Source: an uncultured beta proteobacterium (GTDB lineage Bacteria; Pseudomonadota; Gammaproteobacteria; Burkholderiales; Burkholderiaceae). Taken from it: 64,000 nt of DNA. The stretch spans positions 39,841 to 103,840 of the forward strand of contig CAVTXZ010000011.1 of the NCBI GenBank assembly GCA_963738755.1. Reading direction: 5' to 3'. A model generated the notes under the pieces. It was not told where the DNA came from, searched no databases, and saw nothing but the letters and a program-made list of their open reading frames with translations. Below are positions 29,000 to 40,615 of this stretch, piece after piece. A program made the translations under genes and the position numbers. The stretch's first letter is position 1. Each line of letters begins with the position of its first letter.

Positions 29000-31765
29000 A
29001 TGCATGTACCCGAAGCAACGGCCCTCAGGAGGGCGCCTCTCGTTCTCGCCACCAAGGTGTTTCCGCCGCGCCTGCCCCGTGGATTGATCGATCGGCCGCG
29101 GCTCGCCAGTCTTGCCGGCCAGGTCGAAGACAGGCGGCTCACTGTCATCAAGGCACCCGCCGGTTTCGGCAAGACCTCGCTCGCGCTCACGTGGCTCAAC
29201 CGGCTGCGCACGGGCGGTGCGCAGGTTGCATGGCTCTCGCTCGACATCGACGACGACGAGCCGGCGCGCTTCTTCCAACATCTGGCGCAGGCGCTGAACA
29301 ACGCCTGCGCCAAGGTCGGCGCCTCGACCATCGGCCTGACGGCGGAGGCATCGCTGGTTCCCCCTCACCTCGTGGTGTCCACGCTGATCAACGAGCTGGT
29401 CGACGTGGAAGACGATGTCTATCTGTTCCTCGACGACTATCACCTGATCAGCCTTCCGTCGATTCACGAGGCGATGTCGTTCTTCATCGCGAATGCGCCG
29501 TCGCATGTGCATGTGGTGGTCTGCACGCGCTCGGATCCCGCACTGCCGCTCGCGCGACTGAGAGCACAAAACGATCTGCTGGAAGTCGATGCGTCGACGC
29601 TGCGTTTTAACTTCGACGAAACGCGCAGCTTCGTCGAGCATGAATACCCCGGCAAGCTGCGCGCCGCGTGCCTCAAGTCGCTGTTCGCCAGCACCGAAGG
29701 ATGGGCCGCGGCATTGCGCATTTCCGCATCGGTGTTATTGAGCGAGGGCGACAAGCCCGGCTCGGCGCCGGCCGCGCCGTCGGGTGCGTCGCGGCCGTTC
29801 GCTGCTTACCTGGAGGACATGCTCGAACGCCTGCCGCCCGAGATGGTCGACCTTCATGCTGCGCACCTCGATACTCGACCGGCTCACGGCGTCGCTGTGC
29901 GAGGCCGTCACGGGGTTCGCGGCAAGCCAGAGCATGCTGGAGACGATCGTCGCGCGGCAGTTGCTGCTCGAGCCGATGGATCTGGAAGGACACTGGTTCC
30001 GCTATCACCATCTGATGGGCGAGTACCTGCGCCAGCGGCTGGAGACGCAGCATCGCGACGAAGTGGCCGACGTGCATCGGCGCGCGTGCCAATGGTATGC
30101 ACAGCACGAACAGTGGACCGACGCCGTCAGGCACGCGATCGCCGCGGGCGCCACCGACGAAGCGATCTCGCTGATGGGACACTGCGCGATGGCACTCGTC
30201 AGGAAGGGCGATCTGATCACGCTGCTTGGCTGGCAACGCCAGTTTCCGGCGCATCTCATGCGCGGCCAACTCAAGGTCACGCTCGCGATCGCGTGGGGCA
30301 TGGCGCTCGCGATCCGCTTAGACGACGCGCTCGCGATGCTCGATGCGATCGAACGCGATGCGCACAGCCCATGCGCGACCCCGACGGCATCCGCTGGGAA
30401 TGTCAGGTGATCCGCTCGGTGGTGGCCGCGCTGCAGGACGATCCGCAACGGGCGCTCGCGATCGCGCAGCCGTGCCTCGAACGGCCGTCGCACCGATGTC
30501 TGGACCACCAACGTCCGCTTCCAACGTCGTGCGTTTCGGACATTGGAAAGCGGGCAACCTCGAAGCGCTCTACGCGACGCCGTGGATCCCCTATTCGATC
30601 GAGGAGGACCAGCGCAACGTCTTCGCTTCGGTCTACCGGCTTTGCCTGCTCGGCCACGCGGAAATGCAGCAGATGCACTTTGCGCTCGCCGAGCGCTATT
30701 TCACCGAGGCGATGCAGCTCGGCCGAGCATCATTCCGGTCCGCACTCCATCTCCGCTGCGTTGTGCGCGCCGATGATCGCGCAGATCCGCTACGAGCAAG
30801 GCCGGCTCGACGAGGCCGAAGCCATGCTGGTCGATCTCATGCCGGTCATCGATCTGGCGGTCTTGCTCGATAGCGTGCTGATCGCCTACCGGCTGCTGAT
30901 CCGGATCGCCGTCGCGCGTTCGGACTACCGTGCAGGCCTACGCGCTGCTCGATCAGGCGCCAGGCGCTCGGCTCATGCGCGCCGCTGGAACCGGCTGATT
31001 GCGGGCGGTCTCGTCGAACGAACGCGGCTCTATCTGGCGGAAGGACAGAATCGCGGAAGCGGCGGCATGTGTCGCGCAACTGGAGCAGCTTGCGACACCC
31101 GGCGGCGCGACTGCGCAGGCCGTCTCGCCGGAGATCGAAAACTATCGCGCGCTCGCGGCTGCCTGTGTCGCGATGGCCCAGAAGCGCACACACGACGCCG
31201 TCGAGATCGTTGACAGCCGCGTTGCGAAGCGCCGAAAGCCGGCATGGGGATTATCTCGCGCTACGCTTTCGCACCGTGCTCGCGCTCGTCTGGCTGCGGG
31301 CGAACGAACGCGAGCGCGCCGTCGAGATCTTTCGCGAGGTCCTGGAAGAAGCCGCCGCCGTGGGCATCTACCAGTCGATTCTCGACCAGGGTCCTGAAAT
31401 CGGCGACGCTACTGCAGGCGGTTCGCGACAGACACCCGCGACACCGCGCAGACGAAGAGACCTGCTGGCTTACATCGATCGCCTGCTCGATGGCTGGCGC
31501 GCGCTGTACCAGCCCGACAGCCAACCCCAGCGCGACGCCGAACGCGAATCGCTGAGCGCACGGGAGCGCGAGATCGTCGAGTTGATCGCGCAAGGGCAGT
31601 CGAACAAGGAAATCGCGCGCACCCTCGGGATCGCGCCCGAGACCGTCAAGTCCCATGTGAAGAGCATCTTCGTCGAAGCTGGCGGTCGACAAACGCGCGC
31701 ATGCTGTTTCGCGCGCGCAGGCGCTGGGACTGGTGCGCACGGCTAGCAGCCCGCGGCACCGTTAG
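29000..31765 (+). CDS. MalT/AlkS-like large ATP-binding LuxR regulator; multiple frameshifts; ends approximate
   Basis: TKVFPP, Walker A APAGFGKTS, WLSLD, LFLDDYH, WFRYHHL and LuxR HTH LSAREREIVELIAQGQSNKEIARTLGIAPETVKSHVKSIF, spread across several frames. Confidence 0.88.
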
Positions 31766-31781
31766 CGCTGACCCATGCCTG

Positions 31782-33083
31782 TCACCGCGCGACGATGAGC
31801 GTGGCCGCATGGAGCAGCACGCCGACCATGCCGCCCACCAACGTGCCGTTGATCCGGATGTACTGCAGGTCGCGGCCGATTTCCGCCTCGATCTTCCGGC
31901 TCACTTCTTGCGCGTCCCAGCCTTTCACGACCTCGGTGATCAGCGCCGGACAGCTGGCGCCGATAGCGCACGACCAGCTCGTGCGCGAGTTCGAGCCACC
32001 ATGCGTTCAGCTTGTGCTGAATCGCAGGCTCACTGCCACGATTCCTTGCCGAGCGAAGCCAGCATGCCCGTCGTCGCGCCGCGCAATGCGGAATGTTCGT
32101 TGGCGAGATCGGCCGTGACACGTGTGCGAACGTGGTCGAGCAGCACGCGATAGTAGTCGCCGCTTGTCGGAAATGGCGAATGCAGTCGCGCATCAGCGAT
32201 TGGCCGACGCGGCGGATGCACCGCGATGTCTGCAACTGCACGATCAGATCCTGCACCGCGTCGTCGAACTGACGACGCAGTTCGTGGTCCGGGATTGGCC
32301 GCCACTTCATGCAGCAGCGCGACGATGCCCTCGACGAATTTCCTGACGATGTACGCATCGAGCGGCGCGGGCGTGTATCGCGACGCCTCGCTGAATTTGG
32401 CCTTGATCATGTCCACGTTCGCCGTGAGCCACTTCTCCAGCGCCCGCAGTCCGTGATCCAGCAGCGGCTGATGCCGATCGCCTTCCGTGAGCACTTTCAG
32501 CACGCTGCCGGCCGCACGAGAGACATCGAGCGTGCGCAATTGCGGTATCACCAGACGATCGAAAAAGCGTTCGACGTCCGCTTCGTCGATGCCCTTCCAG
32601 CAAGCCCGGTAGCGAGTCGGCGACGATGTCCGCGATCGCCCGGCTGTTCGTCCGGCTCCGCGAGCCATCTGCGCCAGCGCCTGCGCGGCGTTGTGACCGC
32701 TCAGCCGGCCGATGATCAGCTCGGGCGTCAGGAAATTTTCTTCGACGAAGTTGCCGAGACTCTCGGCGATGCGCTGCTGGTTTCGCGCAATGATGGCCGT
32801 ATGCGGGATCGGCAGGCCGAACGGACGCCGGAACAGCGCGACGACCGCATACCAGTCCGCGATCGCGCCGACCGTTGCCTGCCTCGGCAAACGCGCGCAG
32901 CCACGCCAGCCACGGATGCTGCGCCTGCCAAGCCACGCACGCGAGCAGCAGCGCGATCAGGAGCGCGAGCAGACACGTCGCGGTTCGCCGCATGCGCTTC
33001 AAGCGTCTCGCGCTTCTGGTAGGCCGGCGCGTCGGCCCGGCCACGCCGCGTGCTCGATCGTCGCCGTTCGCGACTGAACTCAA
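31782..33083 (-). CDS. DUF445 family membrane-anchored protein; multiple frameshifts
   Basis: VGAIADWYAVVALFRRPFGLPIPHTAII and C-terminal IGRDLQYIRINGTLVGG; TTG start overlaps the phaZ stop. Confidence 0.85.
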
Positions 33084-33886
33084 CTCGCCTCCTGCCGCAG
33101 GAACTGCGCACCACCGGCGCGACTTCTTTCGCCCGCGTGACGAGAAACAGGTGACCGTCGTCGATCACGTGGAGCGTCGCGTTGCGGATGCGCGCCGCGA
33201 GAATCTTCGCGTTGGTCAGCGGCACGATCGGGTCGTCGTTGCCATGCATGACGAGTGTGGTCTGCCGCAACGCGCCGAGCCAGGGCAGGCTGGTCCAGCC
33301 CGACGCCGCCAGCAACTGATACAGGTAGCCGCGGCCGCGCGGCGGCTGAATGTGGCGGCTATGCTCCTCGCAGCAGCGACGGATCGCGCCGGTACGCGCC
33401 GCCGTAGATCTCCGCGCCCGACCCGCTGCAGGTAGTCCGGATCGGTATAGCGGCGCGGCCCGATCAGCTTCGAGAGCACCGAGAGTTTGGCCGGCACCAT
33501 GATGACGCCCGGCGACGTTGCCGCGAGAATCAGCCTGCGGCAGCGCACCGGATATAGACGCGCGAACTGCTGCGCGAGCGCGCCGCCCCACGATACGCCG
33601 AGCACGTCGACCGGCCCGTCGTAGCCCAGCCGCGTCAGCAGCTTGTCGGTCAGCACGGACGAGCGTCGAGAAGCGATACGGCACGACCGGCGCCGGCGAG
33701 CCGCCGACACCGGGAATGTCGAAGATGATGACGCCCACGTCGTCCAGCGCCGTCGACGAACGGCTCGACCAGTTCGAGGTTGGCGCCGATGCCGTTGAAG
33801 ATGAGCAGCGGCGGCGAGGCGTCGCTGCCGCGCCGGATGCCGACGCGCAGCAACTGGCCGTCCAGATCGATCATCTGGATTTGCAT
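33080..33886 (-). CDS. phaZ: Poly(3-hydroxyalkanoate) depolymerase, Pseudomonas mcl-type; frameshifted; start may be 33917
   Basis: PLLIFNGIGANLEL, FDIPGVGGS, lipase box GVSWGG, GWTSLPWL and DDGHLFL. Confidence 0.9.
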
Positions 33887-33991
33887 GCTGCTAACACGAC
33901 TCGGGACTGTATTGCATTTCTCTCATCCGGACGACCCTCTGGTGGCGTCCGACACACGTGGATGCAGCGTGCCGCATCGCGACGCCGTTGC

Positions 33992-34419
33992 TTACTTCTT
34001 CGGGCTGCAGCAGCGCCTTCAGTTCCTCGACATGCTCGGCAACGCGCTTCGTGACCACCGCGTACGCTATCGGACTGCGCGCGGTACGCCGTGTCCGCGA
34101 GTTCCTGCATGTCCGCAGTGCCTTGTGCAGCGCCTGCTGAACCACTTCGCCCTGCAGTCGCCGGCTGGGTGCCCAGCGTCGCTCAGGCGCGCGACCAGCG
34201 ACTGCAGCCTCGGTCATCGTCGTGCGCAGAATCGTCCATCTGCTTCTGACCGAGCGACTGCATCGCCTGCAAGCGCGGTCGTATTGGCCTGCGGCGAGCG
34301 CCTCGATGTCCTTGCGGCGCGATTCGAGAATGCGCGCTCACGTCGATGCCCGGCAGCTTGAACTGCTTGATGAGCTTGGTGTATTCAGCGAAAAGGCTGT
34401 TGGGATTGGTTGATTCCAT
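33992..34419 (-). CDS. phaP: Phasin (PHA granule-associated protein); frameshifted
   Basis: FKLPGIDV...RRKDIEAL.AAN and amphipathic helices; lies between phaC and phaZ. Confidence 0.8.
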
Positions 34420-34493
34420 CGATTGACTCTCCAGAAAAATTGCAGTTAGAAAAGCTGGTCGTTATGCGGCTACCCGGCCAACGACGTTTGCGG

Positions 34494-36224
34494 TCATGCT
34501 TCCAGGACGTAGGTTCCGGGCGCCGCCGCAGCCGCCGGGTGCCGCTTGTTGCCGAGCGCGGCCGGCGCCGCGCGCCGTTCGCCGGAACGCGCGGCACAGC
34601 CACTCCCGCCAGTTGCCCCACCACGAATCCTTCTGCGGTCTGGGCATCGGCGAGCCATGCGTCGGCATTCGCGGGCAGCTCGGGATTGAGGAAGAACTTC
34701 GCCTTCGGATTGCCGGGCGGATTGATCAGGCTCTGGATGTGGCCGCTCGAACTCAGCACGAACCGCGTGTCGCCGCCGAACGTCGCGCCGTGTTGTACAC
34801 GCCCTTCCACGGGCGTGATGTGATCGGTCATGCCAGCCACCACGTACTTGTCGCACGTCACGCCGGACAGGTCGATCGGCGTGCCCAGCACGCGTCAGCG
34901 CACGCGGCTTGCTGAACAGGTTGCCGCGTGAAGATGTCGAGCAACTGGCCGTGCATGCGCGCGGGCAGCCGCGTCGTGTCGTTGTTCCAGTAGAGGATGT
35001 CGAACGCCGGCGGCGCCTTGCCCAGCAGATAGTTGTTGACCCAGTAGTTCCACACCAGATCGTTGGGCCGCATCCACGCGAACACGCGGCCCATCTCTTC
35101 ACCGGCGAGCACGCCCTTCGCGACGTGCTGTTCTGCTTGGCCGCCGCGATCGCTTCGGGCGTGGCGAAGAGACCGAGTTGCGAGTCGGCCGTGTTGTCCA
35201 GCACGGCGACCATCAGCGTCGCGGCGTTGACGGTCGTTGTCACCGCGGCTCGCGAGATGTCCGAGCAGCGCCGAGATGGTCATCGCACCGGAGCATGCGC
35301 CGTGCAGGTTGACGTCGTCGCTGCCGGTGATGTCGCGCACCGCCGTGATCGCTTCGATGAGCGCGCGCGACGTAGGTGTCGAGATCCCAGTGGCTTTGCG
35401 CCGCGGTCGGATTGCGCCAGCTCACGACGAACACCTGAAACTCGTTCTTGACGAGATAGTTCGACGATGCTCTTGCCTGTCGGACAGATCGAACACGTAG
35501 AACTTGTTGATCTGCGGCGGCACGATCAGTTGCGGGCGGCTGTAGACCTGCGTCGGTCGCCGGCGCGTACTGGATCAGTTCGAGCACCTCGTTGCGAAAC
35601 ACCACCGCGCCCGGCGACGTGCCGAGGTTCTTGCCCACCTCGAATGCGGTCTTGTCGACCTGCGCGGGCATGCCCTGGTTCTTGCAGCAGGTCGGTCACG
35701 AGGTTCTTCATGCCGCCAAGCAGGCTCGCGCCGCCGGAATCGACGATCTTCTTGAACGCCGCGGGATTGCCGAGCAGCGTGTTGGTCGGCGACAGCGCGT
35801 CGGTGAACGAGCGACATCACGAACTGCGCGCGCTCCTTGATCTTCGGGTCGAGCGCGGAGCGCTCGACGAAACCCGCCAAGCGCGTTGCGCCACGCGAAA
35901 TAGCCCTGCAGCGTCATGCGGTACAGCGAGTTGTCCTGCCATGCCGGGTCGGCGAAGCGCTTGTCGCCCTGTGGCGGCGTTGCGTGCCTGCCGCTTTGCC
36001 TGCCGTAGAGCACGGCCATCAGTTCGCGCAGCCAGCGCCGCTTCCTGCTCCATGACCAGGCCGGGTTGCCGCCATGCCTGCGCGCCGATCTGCTGCGCGG
36101 TGGCGAGAATGTCGCACGGACGCAGTCCGACAAACGGGTTGGGTCCCAGCATGCCTTCAGCGGCAGATGCCGCGAGATCGTCCGTCTGTTCGTTGCGCGC
36201 CGGGTTTTCAGTTGCTTCCGCCAT
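34494..36224 (-). CDS. phaC: Class II PHA synthase; multiple frameshifts
   Basis: LGPNPFVG, DKRFADPAW, VFRNEVLELIQY, PPQINKFYVFD, catalytic GACSG, WMRPNDLVWNYWVNNYLLG, DHITP and SSGHIQS. Confidence 0.92.
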
Positions 36225-36275
36225 CTTCCTGCTCCTCAAACAAAGCTTTTCAGCTTCGTCAATCGTTGTAGGGGC

Positions 36276-36743
36276 TCACGCCACCAGCATCGCCAGCGTC
36301 TCGGCGATCAGTGCGGGCTTGTCCTCGCCCTCGATCTGCAGTTCGTTCATCGTCTTGAGGATGATCCGGCCGCCGCCCTTCTTTTCCGCCGACACCAGCG
36401 TCACGCGATTGCGCACCCGCGCTCCGGCCTTGACCGGGCGTCATGAAGCGCACCTTGTCCAGCCCGTAGTTGAGGCCAGCCGACGCGTCCTCGGGAATGA
36501 TGCCGATCTCGATCGCGAGCGCCGCCAGCAGCGAAAGCGTCAGATAGCCGTGCGCGATCGTGCCGCCGAACGGGCTTTCGCGTTTCGCGCGTTCCACGTC
36601 CACGTGAATCCATTGCGTTGTCGCCCGTGCATTGCGCGAACGCGTCGATGCGCGCCTGATCGACGACGACCCAGTCCGACACGCCCAGCTCGCGGCCGAC
36701 GAAGTCGTCGATCGTGGCGATGCTGTATCTCGTTGATGCTCAT
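36276..36743 (-). CDS. phaJ: MaoC-family (R)-specific enoyl-CoA hydratase, PhaJ-like; frameshifted
   Basis: IDAFAQCTGD.QWIHVD...SPFGGTIAHGYLTLSL hydratase-2 motif and NYGLDKVRF. Confidence 0.82.
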
Positions 36744-36765
36744 GTGTTTGCTCCTCGTGACGCGG

Positions 36766-38423
36766 TCAGGCGAACTGCTCGCGCAGCCACTTCTTGTTCA
36801 TCTTGCCGACACTCGTCTTTTCCAGCGCATCGACGAACTTGACGATCTGCGGCACCGCGTACTTCGAGATCTGTCCCGCATCTGGCTGAACGTCAGAACA
36901 TGCTGCTTGATGTCGTCCTCGGTGACCGCGACGCCCTCGCTTCGAGCACCACCAGCGCCACCGGCCGTTCGCCCCACTTCTCGTCCTTGATGCCGATGAC
37001 GGCGACTTCGGACACGCCCGGATGCAGCGAGATCAGGCTCTCGATTTCGAGCGATGACACCCACTCGCCACCCGACTTGATCACGTCCTTGATGCGGTCG
37101 GTGATCTGCAGATTGCCGGTCGGATCGATATTCGCGATGTCCTGCGTATGCAGATAGCCGCCGGCCCAAAGCTGCTGCCGAAGCCTCGGGATTGTTCAGA
37201 GTAGCCCTGCGTCAGCCACGGTGCGCGCACGACGATCTCGCCATACGCTTTGCCGTCGTGGGCGACATCGTTCATGTTTCGTCGACGATCACGCAGATCG
37301 ACCAGCGGCACCGGCAGGCCGGTCTTGCAGCGCAGGCGCACCTGCTCGTCGGTGTCGAGCTGTTCGTAGCCCGGGCGGAAGTTGCGCGAGACTCAGAACC
37401 GGGCAGGTTTCGGACATGCCGTAACCGACGAACACATCGATGCCGCGATCCACGCGCCGCACGCGCGAGACCATGCGGCAGCGCGCCGCCGCCGATGACG
37501 ATCTTCCACTTGCTGAAATCCGACTGATTTCGCCTTCCGGCGCAGCTCGAGCAGCATGTGCAGGATCGTGCCGACGCAATGCGAGAACGTCACGCCCTCG
37601 TCGCGCACGAGTTGCACCAGCCGCTCCGGCACATAGCGGCCCGGATAGACCTGCTTCACGCCCAGCACCGTGGCGATATAGGGCATGCCCCAGGCGTGTA
37701 CATGGAACATCGGCGTGAGCGGCATGTACACGTCGCCGCGATGAAAGCGCTGCCCCGACACCGGGCTCGCCAGCGCCGCCATCAGCGTGATGGTGTGCAG
37801 AACCAGTTGCCGGTGCGAGAAATAGACGCCCTTGGGCAGACCGGTCGTGCCGGTCGTGTAGAACGTCGTGGCGCGGGTGTTCTCGTCGAAGTCCGGAAAG
37901 TCGTAATGCGTGCGCGCTCGCCGCCAGCATCGCTTCGTATTCCGCACTGAACGGGATGGTGTGTGCGCAGGCCTCGCTGCCCGGTTCGTCGATCCAGACG
38001 AAAGTGCGCACCGTTTCGAGCTGGTCCTTGATCGCTTCGACGACGGGCAGAAAATCGGTGTGAACGAGCAGGACTTGCGCGCCGGCATGGTTGATCGTGT
38101 AGGCGATCTCTGCCGGCGACAGACCGCACGTTGACCGTCTGCAACACGGCGCCCATCATCGGCACCGCGAAGTAGCATTCCAGATAGCGATGGCTGTCCC
38201 AGTCCATCACGGCGACCGTGCCGCCGTGGCGCAGCCCCAGGCCGTTCAGACCGTTGGCGAGCCGTGCAATGCGCTCGTGCAACTGGCCGTAGGTCATGCG
38301 CAACTGGTCGCGGTAGACGATCTCCTGATTCCGCGCCTGAGCGAACGGCGTGTGCAGCAAATGCTTGATCAGCAACGGAAAGGCATAAGCGGATGGAGTC
38401 GGGCTATGTTCGGTGTCCTGCAT
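36766..38423 (-). CDS. Fatty-acid--CoA ligase (AlkK-like); multiple frameshifts
   Basis: MDWDSHRYLECYFAVPMMGAV, AMP-binding YTTGTTGLPKGV, PMFHVHAWG, GYGMSET and IKSGGEWVSS. Confidence 0.9.
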
Positions 38424-38540
38424 CTGTATCTCCTCGCGTCTGATAATGGACTGTGTGGTTGACACCGGTTCGGCGTTGCATCGCGCGTACGGTGGCACCC
38501 CGTGTGATGCCATCATCTGTGCGATCGCACATGCGCGACT

Positions 38541-38558
38541 ATCCCCTGAACGGGGGAT
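38541..38558. promoter_or_regulatory. Palindrome ATCCCC-N6-GGGGAT upstream of the ligase-pha operon
   Basis: Perfect 6-bp arms about 120 bp upstream of the ligase start. Confidence 0.5.
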
Positions 38559-38747
38559 GGCCATGGGGTATTGCCGGAACCCGGATCCGCTGTCATCTTC
38601 GTCGCTACGATTCGGCTCGTCCGCAGTACCGGGCCGTCAGAAGCGGGAGGCAGTGTGGATGCCGCCGCTGCCGGCGCGCATGGAGAGCAGGATGCCGCCG
38701 GGCCCCCGGCGATTTGCCTTGAAACGATAGTCTTCCTGAAGCACGCC

Positions 38748-39440
38748 ATGGCTTTCATGACCGATACGTCCGAACATATGCGGACAAACCAGTGGTTCTC
38801 CCAGTTGCCGGCAACCGAGCAGGAAGCGCTGATTCACCGGAGCGAATTGATCACGCTGCACCCCGGCGAATATCTGTTCCGGCGCGGCGACATGCCAATC
38901 GGCTTCTATGGGCTCAAGGACGGTAGACTGAAAGCATTCACGCTGCGAGAAGACGGCAAGGAAGCGATTCTCGCGGTGATCGAGGCCGGCAACTGGTTTG
39001 GACAAACCTCGCTAACCAGCCGTCAACCACGTCCGCGCGATGTCGTAGCAATCGAGAAATCGACTGTCTTCGTGCTGAGAGCGGCGGCCTTTGAAGAGCT
39101 CATGCAAAACCGGGAATTCCTCCGCGCAATCGCGGAGTTGCAATCCATCCACATGAACTGGCTCTATCGCATCATCGAAGACGCGACGCTCCACTCCACG
39201 CGCGCACGCATAGCGCGGCGCCTGCTGCTGGTCGCCTCGGGCGACGTGACACTCTCGCCGTTGTGCCGCCAGGACGTCAGCCTCTCGCAGGACACGCTGG
39301 CGATGATGCTCGGCATCACGCGCCAGACCCTTTCCGTGGAGCTCAAGGCGATGGCTGAAAAAGGAGCGATCACGCTCGGATACGGCCGCATCGAAATAAT
39401 TTCGAAGGAGATTCTCGAGTCCCTTCAGGACGGCCTGTGA
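38748..39440 (+). CDS. Crp/Fnr family regulator
   Basis: YLFRRGD, DGKEAILAVIEAGNWFG and HTH SQDTLAMMLGITRQTLS; start could be 38757. Confidence 0.9.
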   Translation: MAFMTDTSEHMRTNQWFSQLPATEQEALIHRSELITLHPGEYLFRRGDMPIGFYGLKDGRLKAFTLREDGKEAILAVIEAGNWFGQTSLTSRQPRPRDVVAIEKSTVFVLRAAAFEELMQNREFLRAIAELQSIHMNWLYRIIEDATLHSTRARIARRLLLVASGDVTLSPLCRQDVSLSQDTLAMMLGITRQTLSVELKAMAEKGAITLGYGRIEIISKEILESLQDGL

Positions 39441-39487
39441 TCGCTCCCGTCAGCGCTTTCAAGCCGCTCTCCTGTGCCGAAGGCGGC

Positions 39488-40615
39488 CTAGAACGCGTGC
39501 CGCACGCCGGCCATGATGCCCAGTTGGGTTGTACCGAACGCTGAACTCAGGGCATTTATGCCCTGGAACTGCGCGCCCACCATGCCACCCCGATACAGGG
39601 AGTAGTCGACTTCGAGATACGTATCCGTGCGTTTCGACCAGTTATAGTCTGCGAGCAACTGGAATTGCGTCGCGTTGCCGTCGGCCGGTTGTGTTTTCCC
39701 GGTCTGGATCGTGCGCCACACGTTCGCGGAAACATGCGTCGAATAGCCGAATGCCTGCGTGACTCCGCCGAAAAACATCTGCCGCGCACTGAACGTATTG
39801 AATTTCAGGGCGCTCAATTCCGGCGGGCTGAACGGACCATTCGGGAAGTTGCCGACAAAGCCCGTATCCTGCCGATTCACGGCCCAGCCAGCAATAAACG
39901 TCGTATTGTCGAACGTATATGAGCCGCCCGCAGTCCAGGATTTGAAGTGCGCCGAACCGTTCACGGCGTCACGCGAATCCAGGTAGGCGGCGCCAAGACG
40001 AACCGGTGCGCCGGGCAAATATAAAACTGATGCGCCAATCTGGCTGCCCGCACCGAACGCGCCGGCATTGCCGCCAAATGCATACGACACCTCGGCTGTC
40101 AGGTATTGCCAGCGCGCCGCGTATTTCACCATGTTGCTCGTCCATACGCCCTGCGCCATCATCACTTCCGGCCGGAACTGATAGAAGGTCGGCAGCCACG
40201 GATTGGTCACGAAGGTGCTCAGAACCGCGTCGGAAAGCGGATTGAGCTGACGCCCCATCGTGAGCTTTCCGAAGGTGTTCGATTGCAGGCCGACGAGTGC
40301 GGTATTGAAGAAAGGATAGGCCGGGTCAGTGACCCCGGAATTCAGGAAAAAGCGATCCTCGATCTGAAACAGGACCTTCGTGCCGCCTCCAATGTCTTCC
40401 GTGCCTTTGAGTCCAAAATGGCTCTCACTCTCGCCGCCCGCGAGTTGGGTTCGGGAATCGCCGGCTGGATTTGCATGCGTCGTATAGCGAATGCCGGCAT
40501 CCACCAGTCCATAGAGCGTCACCGACGACTGCGCATTGGCCGCGACGGAGTACAGCGTCGCAGTGGACAGCACGCCAAGGAACAGCCCTGTCTTACCCGA
40601 ACGCAGCACTTTCAC
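39488..40615 (-). CDS. Gram-negative porin
   Basis: ANAQSSVTLYGLVDAG, FGLKGTEDIGGG, SKRTDTY and GVRHAF; start codon uncertain. Confidence 0.9.
   Translation of the reverse strand: MKVLRSGKTGLFLGVLSTATLYSVAANAQSSVTLYGLVDAGIRYTTHANPAGDSRTQLAGGESESHFGLKGTEDIGGGTKVLFQIEDRFFLNSGVTDPAYPFFNTALVGLQSNTFGKLTMGRQLNPLSDAVLSTFVTNPWLPTFYQFRPEVMMAQGVWTSNMVKYAARWQYLTAEVSYAFGGNAGAFGAGSQIGASVLYLPGAPVRLGAAYLDSRDAVNGSAHFKSWTAGGSYTFDNTTFIAGWAVNRQDTGFVGNFPNGPFSPPELSALKFNTFSARQMFFGGVTQAFGYSTHVSANVWRTIQTGKTQPADGNATQFQLLADYNWSKRTDTYLEVDYSLYRGGMVGAQFQGINALSSAFGTTQLGIMAGVRHAF

Noticed and set aside
29850-38130. Programmed frameshifting or true pseudogene cluster
   Set aside because: Too many scattered indels, no consistent slippery sites and intact catalytic motifs; sequencing error is more parsimonious pending reads.
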